Assembly (NCBI GenBank): GCA_963714275.1
Contig: CAVQNT010000006.1
Coordinates: 480,788 to 544,787 of the forward strand
DNA length: 64,000 bases
From: Candidatus Bathyarchaeota archaeon
Lineage (GTDB): Archaea; Thermoproteota; Bathyarchaeia; Bathyarchaeales; DTEX01
Direction: 5' to 3'
Positions within the stretch are counted from its first letter, which is position 1. Each line of letters starts with the position of its first letter. The notes beneath the pieces are model-generated. The model was not told the origin of the DNA. It was given only the letters and a program-made list of their open reading frames with translations, and ran no database searches. The translations under genes and the position numbers were made by a program. Shown piece after piece: positions 55,175 through 64,000 of the stretch.

Positions 55175-56768
55175 CTAGCTTGGTTTGCCGCCACGTCTTC
55201 TCATTACTAAGAGTCCAACAATCACAGCGACCGCTGCAACAGCTGCCCCAACGATAACGTACATCATCGGGAAACCCCCGATAGGCGTCAACGTAACAGT
55301 CGGGTTATCGTTCACAGTTTCAATGCATGGGATTGCTGCTCCATCGAACCAGAGTCCTTGGTTTTCAGGTACGAGAGGCCAGAAGTTAATTTGAACGACA
55401 ACGTTATGATCGGATTGAATTTTATGGGTCCCCGGCACAGTGTACAGGAAGCCCGTGTTGGCCTGAATCGTTTGGGTGTTGCCGTCAATAGTCAGTTGGG
55501 TTGCCTCGCTTGCGAAGAAGTATGCCCCTATATTGGCATCAGTGGGCAAATGAATCATGGTATCCTGGTTTGGTTGAATGCCTATAAACATCACTCCAGT
55601 ACCGTATCCCGCGTATGTTCCTCCCCCACCCGTAGGTGATTGTTCGATACTGCCATTGTGAAATTCCGTTAAAGTGATTGGTTTGTCGCTCAATACAGTG
55701 ATTGCAAATGCTTCCGTTTGGATTGCAGTTCCGCTTCCTCCACTCACTTTAAGTTCTTTTATCAATTGTTGGGTTTCAAGATCATACACTTTTACATTTG
55801 TATCCTCTGAAGCTGTTATTCGGAATCCGTAATCCCTTCCAGGATCCCATGACCATTCTTGGCTTTTTAATGATCTTGTATAGAAGGCTGTTCCAACGAA
55901 TCCTCCTTCAACAGAGGGAACGGCAAAACATGGGGAGGTTGTTGATCCTTTGCCTGTAATTGTACCTGATTGTACCATAATATTGCCTGTCGAAGACTCA
56001 ATTTTATAGACTCCAAAAGAATTCAATGTTATGAATTTATATGAGTTGGGATCAAGAGAAAATGTAGTTAGAACGGTACCATCGTCTCCAGTCACTGTAA
56101 CTGCAGCCTTTTCTAATGCCAGTACAGCATAAAATGCACCTACTTGTGAACTAGATGCCCCACTAACGACACCTGGTTGCTCAGAAGCCATGAGAACGAA
56201 TTTTTTGCCGACGTATAAACCGTTAACATCCGTGTAGAAAGTACGTGGTATTGGTCCATCTATAGCAGTGGCAGAAGGAATTTGTTGATAGTTTAGAAGT
56301 AAAACTGAAACCATCTTATTGGACATTACTTTGAATTGTGTACCATTTGCTAGTAACACAAGGTGCTTTTCCATGCTGTTTATATGACCCTCGTCCAGCA
56401 GATTGCCATTTGTCAAGTCGTAAACCTTTACGTCTGTGCCGTCCTCTGCAGCAACGATTGCAAGTAAGGATTTCGTTGCTATCTGGAGGTCATTAAGAGC
56501 TGAATGACCCTCCTAAATAATTAGAACTACTAGTTGCGATTGACCAGCCTGAGGAGAGGTTGGTCCACGCGTTACCGCCTCCTTCGTTCCAATCGTTGAG
56601 AATGTATCTGTAGATTTTATCGGGAACAACGCCGTAATATGTGTAATTTTGTGTTATTTGTCCCACTGTTAAATAGGCAGGTGTAAATGATGGTAAAATA
56701 AGGCAAACTATGAATGCGGGAACGATTAGATGCAATATTTTATTTTTTTGGCTTCTTGTTAAGTACAT
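55175..56768 (-). CDS. Secreted/surface protein with an IgGFc-binding-like N-terminal region and a C-terminal TM anchor, frameshift near 56495
   Basis: Signal peptide. Repeated IxAxEDxTxVKVYDL motif. TM helix plus basic tail RRRGGKPS. Confidence 0.7.
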
Positions 56769-57280
56769 TTACGTATGCTCCTTTAGTGTCATGATTTATA
56801 GTTTTTCATTTATATGATTTTAAACTAGTAGTTAATATTTAAAATTTAAGTTACATTCCGGTTTTTTATAAAACGAATATAGTAAAAAAGTGTTTCACTT
56901 GTCTAAAGCCAGAACCTTAGCTTCTTTATAACAAAATAAAGTGATAGCCAAAAATAGAGGAATTTATAAAAGAGTATTAATTGATTACACTAAATGAAAT
57001 TCCAACTTAATTTAATCAATGACACTACTATTTGTGAATAACCATAATTGGGTTTATCGTGGATTACAAAACAACGAGCATTCAGTTATGATAAAAGAGG
57101 ATATTTCAACCGCAATCCAATGCTTCCAGAATCTTTAGAACAATAGGTAACTATTTGAAATGGAGCTTCTGGTTTTTAGGTCGCTTAGGTTAAGATTTGA
57201 CTTAACAATAAGCTCGTAGAGACATAATCTTAAATACTGAGATAGAGAGCCGAAACAAAAAACAGGGAAGGAAGTATACA

Positions 57281-58433
57281 ATGGGCAAGTCGAAGACGCA
57301 TGTTAAACCAGCTCGTATTGTACTTGAAGGTGTACCCAAAATTAATTTTTTTGATGGGAGGAACCGATGCCCAGAAGACTTTCCTTTCCCCTCTTCGCTT
57401 AGGGCGTGCCTAGAATACATGGGCGAAAGCTATGGTTGCGACCACCTAACCACACCTCAACCGACCTGGCAGCTCTGCTGCACATACGCGTATATCATGA
57501 GTGCCTGCGGCTATGCCTTTTGGCTTGCATGGAAACCAGGTTGGCACATGGACAACAACTCAATCTTGTCGATGTCCGCTGACACGGCTGAACCCTTCCG
57601 TCACGCGTTCAAAGCCATTGGTCACGAACACGAGTTCATCCTGAAGGACGAGAAACGTGTTAATGAGGCTTACTTCCGACGCCGCACCACCGAAAGCATC
57701 CGAGACAAAGGTCGCCCCGTACTGGCTTTTGGCGTGATTGGACCGCCCGAATGTTGCATTATCACGGGTTATGATGAACATGGCGATGTGCTCCTCGGCT
57801 GGAACTTTTTCCAAGACTTTCCAGAATTCAACGTTGGATCTCAAGGATTACCTCAACAAACGCCACCTGAACCGTTAGGCTACTTCCGTAAACGAGACTG
57901 GTTTAAGGACACCCGCAGCCTCATCGTCATCGGCGAAAAGCAGCAGCTACCGCCACGGAACGTACTCCACCGCGAAATCTTGAAGTGGGCACTAGAGGTG
58001 GCTCGCACTCCAATGGTGAATGGTCGCCACAGCGGTCTTGCAGCATACACAGCTTGGGCTGAAAACCTCTTACGCGATGAGGATTTCCCCGCAGGAGATA
58101 AAACCGTGCTTCAGAACCGGCACATGGTTCATGACGACGCAGTTGGGATGGTAGCAGAAGCCCGTTGGTACGCGTCCCTGTTCTTGCCGCAGATTGCACG
58201 ACAAGAGGCAAGCATGGCAGAGGAGCTCTTAGCTGCGGCTTCATGTTACGCAGCAGAACATGACTTAATGTGGAAAATATGGGGACTTGTCGGAGGAATC
58301 GGCCACGAGGAAGCAAAGACGCTAAAGCTGAGCTGAACCCAGCGTTCGCCGTCAAATAGTCCCCGTTATTCTTCAAGCACAGGAAAAGGATAAAGAAGCT
58401 GCCGACCACATTGAACGTGCGTTAAAAAAGTAA
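57281..58433 (+). CDS. Hypothetical protein with a BtrH_N / papain-like region, frameshift near 58330
   Basis: SLRACLEYMG, ESIRDKGRPVLAFGVIGPPECCIITGYD. The C-terminal helix in the shifted frame ends at 58433. Confidence 0.6.
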
Positions 58434-58574
58434 ATTCTTAGACTTCTCCCTTCTCCGCAAGTATGATGATTACATCCCCCAGCGATTTCAGGTTGATTTC
58501 AACTTATTCCTCAGAATAGAAGTATGATTTTTCCTTGAATTATTTTTTTAAAACAAACGAATTGAAAATTCATC

Positions 58575-59486
58575 TCATAACCAACGCTTGATAAAATCCA
58601 AAATTTCAGCTCTCATCGCTGCAGTTTCAAAGTGACCTGTTTCAAAACGGAGAAGTTTCCATCGTTCTGCCGCGCCTTCAGAACCATAAATTTGCTGTAA
58701 TTCTCGGTCGATCTTGTCAAGTCCTGAAGGTGGAGTAAGTAAGTCATAATTGCCAGCTAGGCTGAGGTGCGCCCGAGGTACTATTAAAGCATTGATTTGT
58801 GCTGTAGTGAAATGTTTGAGTAAACCCGGCACATAATAATAAATGCCATGCCCATCGAGTCCACGAGACTCAATTAAGGCTTGAAAGTCCGTCAAACAGC
58901 AAATGTCAATACATACCTTGATACGCGTGTCAAGTGCTGCCACCCACCAAGCCATAGTGCTCCCCATCGACATTCCTATCGTCCCGAGATGGCTAACATC
59001 CACATCTGAACGGGACTCCAAATAGTCGACCGCACGTAAGCTATCATAAACCATCATTCCCCACATGACCTTGCCTTCCCAAAGCATCTGCTTGAAAATT
59101 TCGTGCTCAGACCGTCCCCGTCTTTCACCGAATCCCCAAGTGTCAACGCATAAAGCGGAACAGCCTATTCGCGCCAGTTCTTCCGCGTATGCTGGTTTCT
59201 GAAACCCGCTACGACCTAATATTAGTTCGTCTTTGCCAATTGCGTAATCTCCGCCATGCGCATGATTATACAACAAAGTAGGTGTTCTTCCTTCCTGCTT
59301 CTTTGGATGTATAAAATATGCTGGGACAGGCTCAATTCCGTTCAAATCAAGTGTTAGTTTCTCTAATATGTAGGATTCGTGTTCCTCAATTTTGATCTTT
59401 GATGCCGATATTTTGCGCGAACGGTCAGGTAAATCGCCAAAAAGACTGTAAAGCTGCTTTCTACGTGCCTCTTTATTTACATCCAA
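58575..59486 (-). CDS. Alpha/beta hydrolase (dienelactone hydrolase family, YtaP-like)
   Basis: HAHGG, FGERR, GMSMG nucleophile elbow, DLLTP, GHFET. Confidence 0.88.
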   Translation of the reverse strand: MDVNKEARRKQLYSLFGDLPDRSRKISASKIKIEEHESYILEKLTLDLNGIEPVPAYFIHPKKQEGRTPTLLYNHAHGGDYAIGKDELILGRSGFQKPAYAEELARIGCSALCVDTWGFGERRGRSEHEIFKQMLWEGKVMWGMMVYDSLRAVDYLESRSDVDVSHLGTIGMSMGSTMAWWVAALDTRIKVCIDICCLTDFQALIESRGLDGHGIYYYVPGLLKHFTTAQINALIVPRAHLSLAGNYDLLTPPSGLDKIDRELQQIYGSEGAAERWKLLRFETGHFETAAMRAEILDFIKRWL

Positions 59487-59658
59487 TTACATTTCACCCA
59501 TATGATTATTCTGAGAATACTATGATTAGCCTTATCATTGCATATATATAAACTGGCATCGTCCATCAGATAACAAACATTATTTTATTTAAGAAGGGAA
59601 CCTCATGTCGTGAATGAACTTTTTCAAGTTATTACTGACAAGTTTTCGTAAAGTTAAG

Positions 59659-60254
59659 CTAACTGGAAGAAGGAACCGCTTTTCTATTTTGTGATGCCAT
59701 AATTACTGTTTGTTGAATTCTCCTTAACCTTGTTTCTGGCTTTTTAGCATTTTCAATCCACCAAAGAGTTTGCTTTTTTAAAGAATTATTGAAAGCCTCA
59801 AAATTCTTTTGCGCATTTTTGTCAGCTGCCAGAGCTTTTCCGAAATCTTCTGGGAGTTTAAATTCTTCAATCTCGTCTAACTTGTTCCATGAACCATCTT
59901 TTTTAGCAGCCTCAATTTTTCCCAGCCCCGTTGCTGTCATCAATCCTTGCTGTATGAGTTTTTCGGCACTTGCTTGTTTTGTTTTGACCAGATACTTTTT
60001 GATTTTCGGTGAGTTAACAATAATTTGAAACGTTTTTCATCAACAACATTTAATTTACTGTCGATCCAGCCGAAACAGAGCGCTTCCTCAATGACATCTT
60101 CGAGGGTGACTCCTATCTTACCGCTGTTCTTTTTTTGTATAATTAACCAAACACTTGATATAGAATCGTGATTTTTATCAAGCCATTCGCGCCATGCTTT
60201 ACGGTCTTTGAAGTCAAAAGTTTCAAGCTTATTATGAGTTTTTAATATCGCCAT
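59659..60254 (-). CDS. YdeI/OmpD-associated family protein, frameshift near 59970
   Basis: WREWLDKNH, EEALCFGWIDS, SIWSKQN, MTATGL, AKKPETRLRRI. Confidence 0.88.
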
Positions 60255-60271
60255 TTCTTTTTAGTTTCCTT

Positions 60272-61270
60272 TCATGTTTTGGATGTTATATGAGCCCTTA
60301 ACTCCTTTCTTAAATAAAACAGCAATAGTAGGGCGATGATTCCGACAATAAGCATTCCTTGTGTATTGTCAGGCCTGCTTTTGTCAAGTTCCTGTAACGG
60401 TGTCAGCATTATCAAGAAAGCTAATGCGCCTGCAACTAACGAAAACTTGTGATACAATGTTTTTTCGTTCCAATCGAACCGTTTGATGAAACTAAATACA
60501 GCTAACACAAAAACAACGCCTGTTGCCATGAGAACGATCGGTTGACTTACGATGTATGGTCCAACCATGAAAAGTAAGAAGAACGCCATGACAGACGTAA
60601 AACCTAAAAATAATAACTGTTTGGGGCTCCATGGTTTAAGCCTCCCATTTTTTCCCGTTCCAGATGGAGTTTTCCAAGCTAGAAACGTGAGAAGCACTAC
60701 TATTACTGCTGATGAGAAGTATTGTGGCAATGGAGGACGGTAGACAGTTAAAAAGAAGTAGCCAAAAGTTACCACTGAAGCTAACAGAATTATCACTCCA
60801 CAAAATTTTTTGTTACTTAACCATCTGTCACTCCTTCTTTCAGGATAAGCGAGTTCAACCAATGTTATGGGAATGGCGATACTGAATATCGCATGGTAAA
60901 TTGTAAGCCATTCAGCCCACACCCAATTTACCTCTAACCATCTTCCATAAATGCCCAGAATTCCAAGGTCCATCCATTTCGGGTCAAAGAAGCTCTTCAC
61001 CATCAAACCTTCTTCAATCACGCCATAGGCTGCACCCAGCACAAACATCGAGACAAAGCCCTTGTTCCACCTAACTTTCAGTTCACGAACTATCAAAGCG
61101 CCACTTCCGTACAGGGAGCAAAGCAGCAGCAAGCTGAATGGATTAAAAAACTCAGAGGGAGGTGACGAACCTAATAAAAGCTCAGCTATTGCAGGCGAAA
61201 GGAAGAACAATAGCAGAGCTGGTGAGACCTTCATCTGAAAATCCTTGGTCATAGAACGATGAACCCTCAT
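60272..61270 (-). CDS. Multi-pass membrane protein
   Basis: SPAIAELLLGS, LYGSGAL, AYGVIEEGL, YHAIFSIAIP. Confidence 0.75.
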   Translation of the reverse strand: MRVHRSMTKDFQMKVSPALLLFFLSPAIAELLLGSSPPSEFFNPFSLLLLCSLYGSGALIVRELKVRWNKGFVSMFVLGAAYGVIEEGLMVKSFFDPKWMDLGILGIYGRWLEVNWVWAEWLTIYHAIFSIAIPITLVELAYPERRSDRWLSNKKFCGVIILLASVVTFGYFFLTVYRPPLPQYFSSAVIVVLLTFLAWKTPSGTGKNGRLKPWSPKQLLFLGFTSVMAFFLLFMVGPYIVSQPIVLMATGVVFVLAVFSFIKRFDWNEKTLYHKFSLVAGALAFLIMLTPLQELDKSRPDNTQGMLIVGIIALLLLFYLRKELRAHITSKT

Positions 61271-61516
61271 AAATAACTTTTATGACGAATCCAAATCACT
61301 TGTTGAAGTTGCTTCGAATTCGTAACAACCTACCAAGACTCAACGATGTTCCGAAAATGCAAGTGACGAACTGAAATATTATCCTAAAGAACCATTATAG
61401 GAACCACTTCAATTTTCTGAATCGGACAATAGAAAAATCCTTAAGCAATCTACAAACTCCCCACCATTTTTATATAACATTGCATAATACGTTAATTTGT
61501 AGGGAATTCTTTTTGG

Positions 61517-61705
61517 TTGGATGAAAGCATGTATTATCAAAAAGAAGGCAAAATGTATTTTCTAAAAGAAGTAACAATTGGAAAAATGGAGAAAGGTTAC
61601 ATAATAATCCTAAGAACCAAAAAAAATCCAGAGTTTCCAGATGAAGATGTATATATTACTCTCGATGAGGTTTTAAAAAGAGTAAAAGAGTTTTTAGAAG
61701 AATAA
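61517..61705 (+). CDS. Small hypothetical protein
   Basis: 62-aa ORF with an upstream TTTATATA box. Confidence 0.4.
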   Translation: MDESMYYQKEGKMYFLKEVTIGKMEKGYIIILRTKKNPEFPDEDVYITLDEVLKRVKEFLEE

Positions 61706-61953
61706 AACCTCTAAAGGGTCTTTGATAATTTAGACGAAAATTTTTTTAACAACTCCAAACAAAAGACCAAATTTATTAGTATATCTTAGTATTCCAAGGT
61801 ACTTGCCAGTTTAGTCACTTAACTTAAACAGATTTATCCCTTCCAAACTAAAAAATTAAATTTCCTAGCTAGCTAAAACAAACTATGTCTGGTAAATCAA
61901 AGATATTTTACCTCATAGGAACAACATAAACCTCAATATAGCAAAATATTAAG

Positions 61954-62301
61954 CTAGTCGTACGGAATTAAACAGATAAAACGTAGTGTCTTTTTCCCAT
62001 TGTTTCTGAAATAGTGCGCAGCGTTAGGTGGCACGAAAACTACATATCCTGGTCTTAACTGTTTCTCAGAACCCTCGCAAAAAACAATTCCATCGCCTTC
62101 GAGCACATAAACCTCATGTTCCCAATCATGTGAATGCTCAGGAGTATGCCCACTAGGCATAATCTCGAATAGCCTCATGGCAAAATTTTTTGCACCATCA
62201 TTCTCTTTATTGATCAGCCACCTTACCCGGACACCCTCTGCACCGACTTCCTTCACTTGGCTGACTGAAACCTGCTCGTAGTGAATAGCTTTAAACTCCA
62301 A
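61954..62301 (-). CDS. Cupin domain protein
   Basis: TPEHSHDWEHEVYVLEG, FVPPNAAHYFRN. Confidence 0.9.
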   Translation of the reverse strand: MEFKAIHYEQVSVSQVKEVGAEGVRVRWLINKENDGAKNFAMRLFEIMPSGHTPEHSHDWEHEVYVLEGDGIVFCEGSEKQLRPGYVVFVPPNAAHYFRNNGKKTLRFICLIPYD

Positions 62302-62464
62302 AAAGCGACCCTCTAAAGTATCCTATTATCATATGAATACCTAAAAGAATCTTCCTTCTAATAATAGTAATCAAAGCTCAAATAAGAGAATTATCCAAAG
62401 AAGGATTGCTGGAACTAGGATTGAGATTAAAACATCAAGTCTCCTATTATTGGTTAGCTGACTC

Positions 62465-63914
62465 TTAGAGCTTCAAGCCTTCAGCTACGGATTTTCCTAA
62501 TTTTGAGTCAGTCTTAATCAAATTCTCAATCACGCATTGTTGGATTGATTTCTCTATGTGCATAAGATCTGTAGTGATATTACCCACTAGATGTTCTTGG
62601 TCTATTTTATTTAGGGAACGATATTTCTCTCCAGCTTGTTGAAAATCGTTGGTTTTACTAATTTTCTTACGAGTTACTTCTCCATCAACCCGATTTATAG
62701 ATGGGGTGCCTGCTGGAGCCTCCTTTGGAGAACCTCCTGCCAGACTACTGGGCTCGTAATTTACCGGTCCACTGAATTCACCCAACTGCATTGCTCCATC
62801 ACGCTGACTGTTGTTAACCTCCGTTATGGGACGGTTTATTGAAAGTTCTAAGTAATTTGCTCCCAAACGATGGCGCTGGGTATCCGCATAAGAGAATGTT
62901 CTACCTTGAAGCAACTTATCAGCGGAAAACTCTACGCCTGGAACAATGCTGGCTGGACAGAAAGCAGCTTGCTCAACTTCAGCGAAAAAGTTATTAGGAT
63001 TGCGATTCAACACCATCTTACCCACTGGCATCAGCGGAAATTTGTCTTCGGGCCAGGTTTTTGTGGGATCAAGTGGATCGAAATCCTGTTTTAATTCATC
63101 CTTTATTTCCATTAGCTGGACACAGAGTTCATACTCAACCTCTCCACCATTCAGCAATCGTATCACAGAGATCGCGAGTAAGGTAGTCCGGGTCTACACC
63201 CGCCAATCTTGTTGCTTCATGACGGTCAAGGCTATGTACTCCTAATTTCGGTTTCCAATGGTATTTCACATAAACTCTCTTTCCTTCAGAGTTTACCCAC
63301 ACATAGGTGTTGACACCGAAGCCCTCCATCATCCTGTAACTTTTCGGAGTTCCCCGGTCAGAGAAGAGCCAGATGATCATGTGGGTTGATTCTGGCGTTA
63401 GAGAGATGAAATCCCAGAAGCTGTCGTGGGCAGATGAAGCAGATGGAATGTTATTATCTGGTGCACCTTTGAAGGCGTGAACCATATCTGGAAATTTTAT
63501 CGCGTCCCTAATGAAGAACACCGGAAGATTGTTGCCGACAAGGTCATAGTTGCCTTCTTCAGTGTAGAACTTGACGGCAAAGCCCCGTGGATCTCTCACT
63601 GTATCGGCAGAACCTCGTCCTCCAGTAACAGTTGAAAATCTTACGAATACAGGCGTTTTTTTCTTCGGATCTTGAAGGAAATTGGCCTTCGTGAAAGGTG
63701 CCATACTCTTGTAAACCTGAAAGTAGCCGTGTGCTCCTGCCCCTTTTGCGTGGACAACTCTTTCGGGGATGCGCTCTCTGTCAAAGTGAGCCATCTTCTC
63801 AATAAATTGGACGTCTTGTAGCAAAACGGGACCACGTTCACCGACTGTCAACGAGTTCTGGTTATCAGTAATAGGGACTCCTTGGTTCGTAGTTAGGTAT
63901 TTCTTTTTTTCCAT
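62465..63914 (-). CDS. katA: Monofunctional heme catalase, frameshift near 63150
   Basis: [15 protein letters not shown] (distal His), [28 protein letters not shown] (proximal Tyr). Confidence 0.96.
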
Positions 63915-64000
63915 ATCTTATCACTTGTTATTAGGTTGGTGAAACTTATAAATTTGTTTAGGATTGAAATTAAAAATTGATGCACACAAAAAAATCTAAA

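Overview
Archaeal chromosome segment, probably Bathyarchaeia. This is inferred from the 16S 5' sequence and gene repertoire; no database was consulted. Many genes, including essential ones (thermosome, glyS, elp3), are split by single-base indels, which points to long-read consensus errors rather than real pseudogenes. Layout: (1) 1-14.5 kb housekeeping and metabolic genes, a stand-alone HEPN-like gene, and a minus-strand 16S rRNA with no linked 23S. (2) 14.6-24.8 kb AT-rich signalling island: a TrmB-like regulator, a 7TM sensor histidine kinase transcribed divergently from a GH3-family acyl-amido synthetase, a receiver protein, a DUF3227-like output protein, a wHTH protein and a small repeat protein. 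(3) 24.9-41.0 kb tandem integrated elements whose att core is the last codons of the tRNA splicing endonuclease gene endA, present in three copies. These comprise a 0.8 kb provirus-like remnant and a 15.3 kb element carrying OLD-like ATPase-TOPRIM, PLD nuclease, HEPN, PD-(D/E)XK, GNAT, RHH-HerA ATPase and Zn-ribbon genes plus a probably decayed integrase. (4) 41-45.8 kb endA, DUF47, glyS, elp3. (5) 45.9-56.8 kb pentose and polysaccharide cluster (xylB, rpe, pgi, gnd fragment, two membrane-anchored GH-A glycoside hydrolases). (6) 57-64 kb assorted accessory genes and a heme catalase. The two strongest novelty candidates are the GH3 + 7TM-kinase module (a possible synthase-receptor signalling system) and the endA-targeting integrative elements.
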